Of a stretch of 54,235 bases of DNA, positions 16,571 to 26,600 are shown in pieces. Within the stretch, counting starts at the first letter, position 1, and every line of letters starts with the position of its first letter. The notes beneath the pieces were generated by a model. That model saw only the letters and a list, made by a program, of their open reading frames with translations. It searched no databases and was not told where the DNA came from. Position numbers and translations under genes: made by a program. The stretch is from a virus (lineage: Duplodnaviria; Caudoviricetes), in the IMG/VR virus record IMGVR_UViG_3300044647_001141, positions 1 to 54,235 of that record; one strand, 5' to 3'.

Positions 16571-17929
16571 ATGCCAGCTCATTCCCCCAATCAACCCGGA
16601 CTCGTTGCAACAACGGCCAACAGGTCCTTCATCTCCGCTCTGCAAATTCTTGACCGCAGCTTCACCGAGAAGCTCGTCGAGAAATACGGCAGCGAAAACT
16701 ACACCTTCCTGCTCGACATGCTCGGCCGCAAGGTAAAGACAGAAAACCGCGACTTCTATCACTACGAGCGCCGCAAGCGCCATGCAGCCGTTCAGGTGGC
16801 TTCCATCACAGGCGGCGCCACTGCCGGTGCAGACGTGGTAGTGACCGTCATCGCAGGATCCCACTATGACTCCGGAACCAAATCACCCGGCCGTGTAGGC
16901 GAGGTAGTGATGTGGGCCAACACCGGCGCCCTGGGTAAGATCACGTCGATCACCACCACCACTGCAAGCGCACACACCTACACCATCAAGCCGCTCAAGT
17001 CCGACGTCCGCATCAACCCCGCCGCCAACGACTGGCTGCTGTTCCAGGGTTTGCAGCACGTAGGCGAGGCAAGTGATGTGCAGGCATCCATTCAGCCGCT
17101 GACCGACAAGATCAGCAACTCCGTGACGGAGATCCGCGAGGACTACCACATCACGGACAAGGCAGCGATGGAAAAGATCGAGTGGGCAGACCCCGCCACC
17201 GGCATGCGCTACTACAAGTACTTCGGTACTTCCGAGGCTGAAAAGCGTTTTCTGAACAACCGGGAACTCCTGGCCATGTTCAGCGTTGACGTGACCAACT
17301 CAGGCATCACCTCCAACGGCACCGTAGGCACCAAGGGCATCCTCCAGCAGATCCTGGCAGGCGGTTCCGAACTGACCTACACCGGCGGCTCCCTGAACTC
17401 CGTCACCGACTTCCAGTCCGTGACTCGCGAACTGGACTTCAACGGCGCCAACACCGAGATCCACCACCTCTGCGACACCTATCAGCACCAGGAGATCAAC
17501 GCCAAACTGTTCACGCAGTACAACCAGGGCGCGATCCTCTACGGCAGCGTAGGCGGCAGCAAAGAGGTCAGCGCACAGCTCGGCTTCAGCAGCTACTACA
17601 TCGACGGATTCAACTTCCACTTCAAGAAGTACGCAGGCTTCCAGCCCGAGAAGATGTTCGGTGTGGTTCCCAGCACTTACAAGTACAAGAACTACGGTCT
17701 GCTGATCCCGCAGGGTTTCGGTACCGACCCCGTAACGGCACAGAAACTCCCTACCATCGCTCTCCGTTATCAGGAAGTGAAACCCGGTATGGAACTCAAT
17801 GCCTACGAGTACGGTGGTCTCGCCGAAACCAACAAGACCGCGGTTCAGGAACTTCGTAACGTCATCGTCGGTCACTATGGTGTGCAGGTCCAGGCCGCAA
17901 ACCAGTGCGTGATCTTCAGAGCATCCTAA
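16571..17929 (+). CDS. Major capsid protein
   Basis: 452 aa with strongly biased codon usage; position after portal and scaffold; followed by a strong terminator; HK97-like ending YGVQV..ANQCVIF. Confidence 0.85.
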   Translation: MPAHSPNQPGLVATTANRSFISALQILDRSFTEKLVEKYGSENYTFLLDMLGRKVKTENRDFYHYERRKRHAAVQVASITGGATAGADVVVTVIAGSHYDSGTKSPGRVGEVVMWANTGALGKITSITTTTASAHTYTIKPLKSDVRINPAANDWLLFQGLQHVGEASDVQASIQPLTDKISNSVTEIREDYHITDKAAMEKIEWADPATGMRYYKYFGTSEAEKRFLNNRELLAMFSVDVTNSGITSNGTVGTKGILQQILAGGSELTYTGGSLNSVTDFQSVTRELDFNGANTEIHHLCDTYQHQEINAKLFTQYNQGAILYGSVGGSKEVSAQLGFSSYYIDGFNFHFKKYAGFQPEKMFGVVPSTYKYKNYGLLIPQGFGTDPVTAQKLPTIALRYQEVKPGMELNAYEYGGLAETNKTAVQELRNVIVGHYGVQVQAANQCVIFRAS

Positions 17930-17967
17930 GGCTTACCACTTCCAACCATACGGCCCACCAGCCAATC

Positions 17968-17998
17968 AACTCCCGGTTTCCACCGGGAGTTTCTTTTT
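17968..17998 (+). terminator. Rho-independent terminator
   Basis: AACTCCCGG-TTTCCA-CCGGGAGTT followed by TCTTTTT. Confidence 0.85.
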
Positions 17999-18045
17999 GT
18001 CGGGCTATCGCATGAACCATCTATAATTTTAAAAAATACGGCTTT

Positions 18046-18062
18046 TACGCTATATTTGCGTA
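18046..18062 (+). promoter_or_regulatory. Promoter/operator TACGCTATATTTGCGTA
   Basis: Exact copy of 15363-15379. Confidence 0.7.
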
Positions 18063-18090
18063 ACAATTAAGTAAACAAAACATTGTTCGT

Positions 18091-18930
18091 ATGGCTAAGA
18101 CGGAAGCAGCAGTGGCCGGTGGGGGCGCACTCAAGGAAGGCATGTATGTCTTCCAGTTACTCGATAAGATAACTCCCCGAACTCCGAATGAACCACCCTA
18201 CCAGCGCAAGCGCGTGCTGGCACCGAAGGTATTGTCCTATGACCCGGAGAGCGGACGCAGCCGTGTGATCCGGTTCATCCCCGGCATCAAGTCGATATGG
18301 ATGGATGACCAGGAGAAGGTGGATAAGAACTATGCGGATGCCAACGAATGGCGTCCGGAGTTCAACAACGGCACACTGACCCTACAGTATCCGCAGGATG
18401 CAGAGAAGATCGCGTGTCTGATGGCGCGTGATGAATACGATGGAAAGGAGGGAAGGATATCCAAGGAGCCTGCCGTGTACACCCTGGTCAACAAGGAGCA
18501 GGAGTACAGCAGCGAGGTGGACTTTATCCAGAACCGTCACAAGGCCGAAGGCATTGCACTGCAGGCCGATGATGAGGCCATGATGACGCATGCCGCATTC
18601 CTTGGTGTCAACACCAAAGAGGGTGACCGCGACAGGAGTCTGGCAGAGGTGAGGGCGGACTACATCCGCAAGGCGAGCAGCGACCCGAAACTGTTCCTCA
18701 AGACCGTCGACTCCCCGATGGCCAGGTATATCGGCATGGTCAACCAGGCCCTCAAGTCCGGCGCCATCGATCTTGGACATGTGCGCAACCAGGCACACTA
18801 CGGAGAGACCAAGGCGCTCATCATGGTACTTGACCCCAAACGGGAGACCGCCGAACAGCTTGCTGAATTTGCATTCAGCGACAAAGGAGTGGAGCTTAAA
18901 AAGAGACTACCCGCAATGGCGAAAAAGTAA
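18091..18930 (+). CDS. Conserved-position structural/assembly protein downstream of MCP
   Basis: 279 aa (IRFIPGIKSIWMDDQ..FNNGTL); same position as the conserved post-MCP gene of crAss-like phages. Confidence 0.65.
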   Translation: MAKTEAAVAGGGALKEGMYVFQLLDKITPRTPNEPPYQRKRVLAPKVLSYDPESGRSRVIRFIPGIKSIWMDDQEKVDKNYADANEWRPEFNNGTLTLQYPQDAEKIACLMARDEYDGKEGRISKEPAVYTLVNKEQEYSSEVDFIQNRHKAEGIALQADDEAMMTHAAFLGVNTKEGDRDRSLAEVRADYIRKASSDPKLFLKTVDSPMARYIGMVNQALKSGAIDLGHVRNQAHYGETKALIMVLDPKRETAEQLAEFAFSDKGVELKKRLPAMAKK

Positions 18931-19007
18931 TACTTTAGAGCCATAAGAATAGTATCTGCATAAGGGGGCATCGCCCCTGAATGTTGTGCTGTTTTTTTGG
19001 TTTAACC

Positions 19008-19039
19008 GGCCCCCGTTTCTACGGAGGGCCTCTTTTTTT
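19008..19039 (+). terminator. Rho-independent terminator
   Basis: GGCCCCCGT-TTCT-ACGGAGGGCC followed by TCTTTTTTT. Confidence 0.8.
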
Positions 19040-19060
19040 GGTGGCGTAAATTGCGTAAAA

Positions 19061-19077
19061 TACGCTAAATTTGCGTA
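19061..19077 (+). promoter_or_regulatory. Promoter/operator TACGCTAAATTTGCGTA
   Basis: Same palindrome, with extra GCGTA half-sites upstream; abuts the ATG at 19077. Confidence 0.7.
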
Positions 19078-19940
19078 TGCCAACTATTGTAGGTAAAGAG
19101 GCCAGTAGTTTCACCATAAACTATTACAAGGGGAATCCCTTTGTGCAGGACTTTACCATCTCCGGCAATACACCGGCTACCTACGCCATCGCACGCATCG
19201 TGCGCATCAACGATCCGGAGAAAGTATCTCTCATTCAGTTCACGAGCGGATCGGGGATGACCATCAACGGCCAGATCCTGGAACTCCGCAAGACCGCCAA
19301 CGACATGTTCCTTCCTCCGGGATGGTACGAGTTCGTCATGGAAGGCGTCATCGGAGGCCTCAGCCTGCCCTTTGTACAACGCAGCTACTTTATCGTCAAC
19401 GACGCCATCGGCTCACAGATTGCAACCCCGGGATCCATTACGGCTACGGCGGTATCGTCTTCCCAGGTCAACCTGGTATGGGCGCCGTCCTATCTGGCGA
19501 CATCCTACACCCTGCAACGCAGCGTGGATGGACTTACCTGGTCGACCGTATCATCCGGCAATCCGAATACGTATTACAGCGACACCGGTCTCAGTGCGCA
19601 GACCCTTTACTACTACCGGGTCTTCGCCTCCAGTGTGGGGTCGGCTGACAGCGGCGTGCTTGTAACCAATGTCACGACCTTGAATCCGGGCGTATCCGCC
19701 GGCGGTGTGAGTGTTGTGTACTACACCACCGTCGTTGGTGGCGAGTCGAGCTTTGTGCTGCCCGTACTCATCGGGCGCACGGTCCTTGACATTGTCAGAA
19801 GTGGCGTAACGATCAAGCTGGTGACAACCGGCATACCGGAGCAGTCCGAGGTATTGTTCACCAGTGCCACCGGACAGATAACTTTCCCGTATGCGCTTGG
19901 GCCTATGGAGTGGGTAAGGGTAATGTACACCACGACATGA
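19077..19940 (+). CDS. Fibronectin type III-containing virion accessory protein
   Basis: FN3 signature PGSITATAVSSSQVNLVW..YTLQRS..YSDTGLSAQTLYYYRVFA, flanked by two other beta domains. Confidence 0.75.
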   Translation: MPTIVGKEASSFTINYYKGNPFVQDFTISGNTPATYAIARIVRINDPEKVSLIQFTSGSGMTINGQILELRKTANDMFLPPGWYEFVMEGVIGGLSLPFVQRSYFIVNDAIGSQIATPGSITATAVSSSQVNLVWAPSYLATSYTLQRSVDGLTWSTVSSGNPNTYYSDTGLSAQTLYYYRVFASSVGSADSGVLVTNVTTLNPGVSAGGVSVVYYTTVVGGESSFVLPVLIGRTVLDIVRSGVTIKLVTTGIPEQSEVLFTSATGQITFPYALGPMEWVRVMYTTT

Positions 19941-22900
19941 GAAAGATAATCATAATCCTTCTGATGCTCTGCTCCTATGTGACGCAGGGCCAGGTTGTCA
20001 ACAACATGCCGGACTATATCTACCGGTACAGGCTTTCCATCGGTCGCCCAACCGGTACGGACAGCAGCGCGTATGTGAGCATCGGCCCGATAGTCGGGTC
20101 AGACAAGGGATTGATGATCCCAAGGGTAGCCGACACCTTGTCGGTACATCCACTTAGGCGCAACGGCCTGCTGATCTTCAGCAATCAGCGCAACAGATTT
20201 CTTTGGTGGGACTCCCTGAGTGTTAGGTGGAGTGACATGTCTGGAACCAACATCGACACCACGGTGCTGTCCACACGCGCTTGGCGAAAAAAGGGTGATG
20301 ACAGTCTTTTGCTGATCATCAATACGAAGGGAACAGTGCTGAAAGTCAAACCGGGCGTCGGCACCAACTTCACGGCATTCACCGACTCCGGACTGGTGTC
20401 GGTAGATACGGCGGCCATCGCCACAAAGGCACTTGTCTCAAAGAAGTCCGACAGCCTTTCCCTTGTCAAGCAGAACAGGCTGACACTTACGACCAATGGG
20501 AATACAGGCGCTTCAACGCTTTCGGGCGACACGCTCAACATTCCGATATACAGATCCGGTACGGTACGCTATGTGGGAGCAACGGGTTCGAGGGGCATCA
20601 CGGTCACGGGTTCTCCGATAACCGATAGCGGCACACTATCCATTGCCGGCGACACCCTTGTGCTGAGTACGAGAAGTTACAGGCAAAAGGGCATCGATAG
20701 CGTATTGAGCATATTGGGAAGCCTGGGCGGAGGAACAGTCCTAAGTGTGGCTTCGGGCCTTGGCATGAATTTTACGACCATTACATCAACCGGTACGGTG
20801 TCTGCGGATACGGCGGTACTTTCCTCTCGCCTTTGGCGGCAGAAGGGTGTCGACAGCCTTGACGCCATCAAGCAGAACAAGATCACCCTTACCACCACCG
20901 GCAGCAGCGGTGCATCAACCTTCAGCAGCAATACGCTCAACGTACCCAACTATACGCTATCCGGACTTGGCGGCGTGCCAACATCCCGTACCATCACAAT
21001 AAACGGAACTTCCTACGATCTTTCAGCCGACAGGTCTTGGACGGTCACCGCAGGTGGGACAGGGACGGTGACATCGGTATCGGCGGGGACAGGGATGAAC
21101 TTCAGCACCATCACGTCCGCCGGATCCGTCAATGCAGACACCCTCGTACTTTCCACCAGGCCCAACAGGCAGAAGGCTGCCGATAGTCTCGGAGCAATCA
21201 TAGCAACAAAGGTCAACATCAGCGACACATCCTCCATGCTTAGTAACTATGTGCGTGATGCGAGAAACGGGGTGCGCAAGGTGGCGCAGTATGTGGAGGC
21301 GGATACGGCGCTGCTCAGTACGAAATTATACAGGCAGAAAGGGATTGATAGCGTCATCAGCATACTGGGGAGCCTTGGAGGGGGAACAGTGATGAGTGTT
21401 GCTGCCGGAACAGGCATGAGTTTTACGACCATCACATCCACCGGATTTGTGAGTGCGGATACTTCCGTACTATCCACTCGCGCATGGCGGAAAAAGGGCG
21501 ACGACAGTCTCGGTGCAATTATCGCCACAAGGGTTCCGCAGACAAGGAATATAACCATCAACGGCACTACGCAGAATCTGTCAACTGACGTGACATACAA
21601 TGTCGGTACGGTCACCAGTGTCGGCGTTACTGCCGGAACCGGCATATCCGTATCGGGCAGTCCGGTCACATCAAGCGGGAATATCACCGTCACCAATACC
21701 GCGCCAGACCAGATCGTATCACTCACGGGTGCAGGGACAACCACGGTGAGCGGGAGCTATCCGAGCTTCACGATCACATCGGTATCGGATACTGGCCTTC
21801 TCAGTACACGCGCTTACAGGCAGAAAGGTGTCGATAGCCTTCTGACGCTCATTTCTTCCAAAGGTAGTGGCACAGTCACTTCCGTTGGACTTGCGTCCGG
21901 GACAACCGGCACTGACATCAATGTGTCTGGTTCGCCTATTACGACATCCGGGACATTCACGCTGAACGTGCCAACGGCAAGCGCCTCCAACCGGGGCGCA
22001 CTCAGTAGTGCCGACTGGAGTACGTTCAATGCCAAGGAGCCTGCAATAGCATTTGGAACGACATCTCAGTATTGGAGGGGTGACAAGTCTTGGCAGGCGC
22101 TGACAACATCGGTGGTGACGGAGAACACGAACCTGTACTTTACCGATGCCCGTGCGCGTGGAGCCTTTAGCCTTACTACTACGGGGTCGAGCGGCGCTGC
22201 CACCTATAGCAGTGCTACCGGGGTGCTGAATGTACCGAACTACACGCTCTCCGGTCTCGGAGGTGTTGTGCAAAGCCGTACGCTCACCATCAACGGCATC
22301 TCCTATGATCTGAGTGCAGACAGGTCGTGGACGATAAATACAGGCATCACATCACTCAATGGATTGTCAGCCGGAACGCAGACGTTTGCCACCGGCACAT
22401 CGGGAGCCGACTTCAGCATCTCAAGTGCCGGGTCGATACATACGTTCAACATCCCAACGGCATCGAGTTCAAACCGTGGGTTGCTGTCGAATTCCGACTG
22501 GAGCATCTTCAACAGCAAGGAGAATGCCATTGCGTTCGGTTCAGTATCGCAGTACTGGAGGGGTGACAAGTCCTGGCAGACACTGAATACCGCTGCCGTG
22601 CCGGAAAGCGGAAACCTGTACTATACCGATGGACGCGCAAGGAGCGCCCTTTCGCTAACCACTACCGGCAGCAGTGGGGCGGCAACGTATAATTCAACTA
22701 CGGGAGCGTTCAACATACCGAACTATACCCTGTCGGGTCTTGGTGGGGAGCCTGTCATTTCCGCTGGCACTACCTCGCAATATTGGAGGGGCGATAAGAC
22801 CTGGCAAACGCTAAACACTAATGCGGTTGCGGAAGGTTCAAATCTGTACTATACCGACGCAAGGTCAAGGGCGGCGATAAGCCTTACAACTACCGGCAGC

Positions 22901-23665
22901 AGCGGGGCATCGACGTACAATTCTACCACCGGCGCATTGAATGTTCCGAACTATACCCTGGCGGGACTTGGTGGCGTGTCTACATCAAGGACACTGACCA
23001 TCAATGGCGTCGCATATGACCTGAGTGCGGACAGATCCTGGACAATAGCAACGGGTAGTGGCACGGTGACAAGTGTTGGAACGGGATATGGTTTGACGGG
23101 CGGACCCATCACAACGACCGGAACCATCGTGGCGGATACAAACTCGATGTCGACAAGACTCAGAGTCAAAAAGCAGATAGACAGCCTGGCATCACTTATA
23201 GGTGGCTCCGCTGCATTCACCTCGTCCACGCTCACCGCTGCATCGGGATGGAATTTCGCTCGCGATATTGTTTGGAATATTACCGGCAACTACGTCAACA
23301 AGGTATCAAGCGGCGTGTATGGAACAGTGACCATGCACATAATAGTCTACAAGACGAGATCAACATTTACCACCGGATCCTGGGTGACGGTGGCGACACT
23401 TCCTGTTGGGTATTACAAGCCGTTACAGACAGTGTACTGTCAGCTTCCGGAATACGTGGAGGCTGCCGATTACAAGAACGCATCCGGCACAACTGATTTT
23501 GCATCGCAAGCCATCTATGAGGGGCGTAAGATATTCCGCATCACTCCCGCAGGTGATGTGCAGGTCCTGGTGGATACCGTCAATCAGTCATGCACCTTGT
23601 CAGGAACCAACTATGTCCTATTCCCCTTGACCATGACATGGAACATTGACACCACCCCATATTAA
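19937..23665 (+). CDS. Repeat-rich fibre protein 1 with N-terminal signal-peptide-like sequence
   Basis: ATG at 19937: MRKIIIILLMLCSYVTQG|Q. Repeats DTxVLSTRxxRxKGxDSL, GTVTSV, QYWRGDKxWQ, NLYYTDARAR and TINGxSYDLSADRSW. Confidence 0.75.
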   Translation: MRKIIIILLMLCSYVTQGQVVNNMPDYIYRYRLSIGRPTGTDSSAYVSIGPIVGSDKGLMIPRVADTLSVHPLRRNGLLIFSNQRNRFLWWDSLSVRWSDMSGTNIDTTVLSTRAWRKKGDDSLLLIINTKGTVLKVKPGVGTNFTAFTDSGLVSVDTAAIATKALVSKKSDSLSLVKQNRLTLTTNGNTGASTLSGDTLNIPIYRSGTVRYVGATGSRGITVTGSPITDSGTLSIAGDTLVLSTRSYRQKGIDSVLSILGSLGGGTVLSVASGLGMNFTTITSTGTVSADTAVLSSRLWRQKGVDSLDAIKQNKITLTTTGSSGASTFSSNTLNVPNYTLSGLGGVPTSRTITINGTSYDLSADRSWTVTAGGTGTVTSVSAGTGMNFSTITSAGSVNADTLVLSTRPNRQKAADSLGAIIATKVNISDTSSMLSNYVRDARNGVRKVAQYVEADTALLSTKLYRQKGIDSVISILGSLGGGTVMSVAAGTGMSFTTITSTGFVSADTSVLSTRAWRKKGDDSLGAIIATRVPQTRNITINGTTQNLSTDVTYNVGTVTSVGVTAGTGISVSGSPVTSSGNITVTNTAPDQIVSLTGAGTTTVSGSYPSFTITSVSDTGLLSTRAYRQKGVDSLLTLISSKGSGTVTSVGLASGTTGTDINVSGSPITTSGTFTLNVPTASASNRGALSSADWSTFNAKEPAIAFGTTSQYWRGDKSWQALTTSVVTENTNLYFTDARARGAFSLTTTGSSGAATYSSATGVLNVPNYTLSGLGGVVQSRTLTINGISYDLSADRSWTINTGITSLNGLSAGTQTFATGTSGADFSISSAGSIHTFNIPTASSSNRGLLSNSDWSIFNSKENAIAFGSVSQYWRGDKSWQTLNTAAVPESGNLYYTDGRARSALSLTTTGSSGAATYNSTTGAFNIPNYTLSGLGGEPVISAGTTSQYWRGDKTWQTLNTNAVAEGSNLYYTDARSRAAISLTTTGSSGASTYNSTTGALNVPNYTLAGLGGVSTSRTLTINGVAYDLSADRSWTIATGSGTVTSVGTGYGLTGGPITTTGTIVADTNSMSTRLRVKKQIDSLASLIGGSAAFTSSTLTAASGWNFARDIVWNITGNYVNKVSSGVYGTVTMHIIVYKTRSTFTTGSWVTVATLPVGYYKPLQTVYCQLPEYVEAADYKNASGTTDFASQAIYEGRKIFRITPAGDVQVLVDTVNQSCTLSGTNYVLFPLTMTWNIDTTPY

Positions 23666-23689
23666 GATGTCGCTCCAAAAAAGAACACA

Positions 23690-26600
23690 ATGCCTACGAT
23701 AACGCCAGTCATAAATAACCCGAACAACCCGACACTCCAGATCAACACCAATGCGGGTCCACAGGGTCCCGTCGGGCAGGGTGTTCCCGCAGCCGGTCTG
23801 ACGGGACAGGCGCTTGTCAAGAAGACATCGACGAACTATGATACCGAGTGGACGTATCTGATCAAGTCCATCAACGGACTTGAGGGCATGGCTCATCAGC
23901 TCGCCGTCGGATCGGCCGGCAATGACTTTTCCATCAACAGCAGCGGCACGACACACACCTTCAATATCCCATCGGCTTCAGCCGTGGCACGCGGACTGCT
24001 TTCGGCATCCGACTGGCAGGCGTTCAATTCAAAGCAGGTTGCAGGAAACTATATCACGGCACTCACGGGAGAGGCAGTGGCAGCCGGACCGGGTTCGGCA
24101 GCCGTAGTGCTTGACAACGGGGCGGTCATATCCAAGGTTCTCACGGGTCTTAATATCGCCGCCGGAACCATCACCTCCACCGACAGCATCCTCTCGGCGT
24201 TCGGCAAATTGCAGGGGACGGTATCGACTCTTGTCGGTGGTGTGAAATACATGGGGACATGGAACGCATCCACCAACACTCCGGCCATCAGCAGCTCGAC
24301 AGGAACCAAGGGCAACTACTATGTCGTCTCTGTCAACGGCTCGACCGCCATTGACGGGATCTCCGACTGGAAGATGGGTGACTGGATAATCTTCAACGGG
24401 ACGTCATGGGAGAAGGTGGATAACACCGACAGCGTTGTTTCCGTAAACGGATACACCGGGGTCGTCACGCTCACCACTTCCGATGTTGCTGAGGGGACAA
24501 GGCTTTATTACACCGATGCACGGGCAAGGGCAGCAATAACGCTCACCACAACGGGAACGAGTGGTGCGGCCACGTATTCCGGTGGCGTGCTGAATATTCC
24601 GCAGTATCAGGCAACGCTGACGAACCCTGTAACGGGGACGGGGACGACAAACTACATCGCAAAGTTCACGGGTACGAGTGCGGTGGGGAATAGCTTGATA
24701 CAAGACAATGGAACGAGTTTAGGATTTAATGCTGCACCGGATGCGACATTTAGATTCAATTTCGTGCAGACAAGTGCAGCGGCAGCATTGCGTATAAAAG
24801 GCGGTACAGCAAATGGGCAAGGAGCATCATTTTTTGTCACAAGTGCAGGAAGCAGCCAAACACTTTTGGCAATAGGCGATAGGGCAACTGCTTTTGGCGG
24901 GACGGTTGATCAGGCAGCAAGTATTTACACCGGGCCGGGGATACCTTTGATATTCGATATGGCCGGAGGTGAACGTGCAAGGATAACACCTAATGGCAAC
25001 GTCTCCATCGGCAATACCAATGACACCTACAAATTAGACATCTCCGGCACCCTCCGAAACACTACGGATGCTTACTTCGCGACGAGTTCGGGTGGCGTAG
25101 GAATAGGCACTACAACTTCTCCCGGAACAAAGACATTGCGTTTTGCAAATTTAGGTGCAGTCCGTTTTGAAACTGTTTTGGGAAGCACGAGCGGATACCT
25201 TGCAAGTGTCGGGGATTATGACATGCAACTCGGCAATAATAATGCGACATTGTTATTTGAGCGTGTTAGTGGTAACTGGGTATTCAATTCGGGCGGGACG
25301 GGTAATGTCGGCATTGGCAATACATCACCACTTGCGCTTCTTCATGTTGGAAACAGAAATAGCACCGGCAGCACAGATCCGCTAATTCTTGCATCACGCA
25401 CAATAAATTCGGGTAGCGGAAATTCACGGGGGTTCAGCGATAGTACCAACTATGCACGAAGTGGCGGTACGTCTTATGCGTCATATGATGCAAGGATAGA
25501 GATGACGGGAACCAATAATTTCGGACACTATGCGGCTTTTCAAGCTGGTGCAACCTTAAATTTCACGGGTACAATCACGGATGTATTCAATTACATTTCT
25601 GCGCCAACATACACTTCAGGAACAATCACAAATTCATACGGAACATATGTACAAAACCCCGTAAAGACAGGGGCAACTTTAACAAACAACTATGGGCATT
25701 ATATCCCTTCAGTATTCAACGCAGGAACAAACAACTGGGTGTGGTATAACGCATCCACTGCTCGTTCATATTCAGCAGGCGATACAATTTCAAGGAAGTT
25801 TTATGCGGGTTCCAATAGTGTTGCAGTCCCCGATGCTCAGTTTCATGCAGAGGGTACAGGTGATGTGATGATTAGAATCCAACAAACAGGTTGGAATTTT
25901 TGGGATTTTAAATCAGTAAGTAGTCAAACATACCTGACTATTGGTGATGTCAGTGGTACCTATGCTACATTCTTTAATCTTGGAAATGTTGCGATAGGTA
26001 CTACTACCAATAACGGATACAAATTTGATGTACAAGGTACATTTCGAAATACAACGGATGCCTATTTTGCGACGAGCAGCGGAAATGTTGGAATAGGAAC
26101 TACAAGTACAAGTTACAAATTAGATGTAAGAGGTGTAATTAGATCTTCGGATAGGATTACTGCTGTTGGAGAATATAGGTTGAACGATGCTACATTCATG
26201 CGTGTCGCAAAGAATGATGATGGTGGTGCTATTAGTGGTGGATATAACTTAGACGTCAGCGCAGCTGGCGTAGTATCTCATGCTGCAACTGGATCAATTG
26301 CTGGATATAAGTATGATTCTATTGGAGCAATAAGATTTTATACAGGATCAAGTCAATCAGCAGGAACAGCAGCAACAGAAAAGGTTACAATTACATCTGC
26401 CGGGGATATTGGTATCGGAACAAATTCACCCACTGCGCCATTGCACATTATCAAAACAGCGGGTAGTGTTAATAGTATAAACATTGGGTTGATTGTAGAT
26501 TTTGAAGCAACAGCAGCAGAGCAGGCTGGTGCTGGTACAGCAATTGAATTTAGAGGAAAGTCGGCTGGAGGTAATACGCCTAATTATTCGCAAGCAATGA

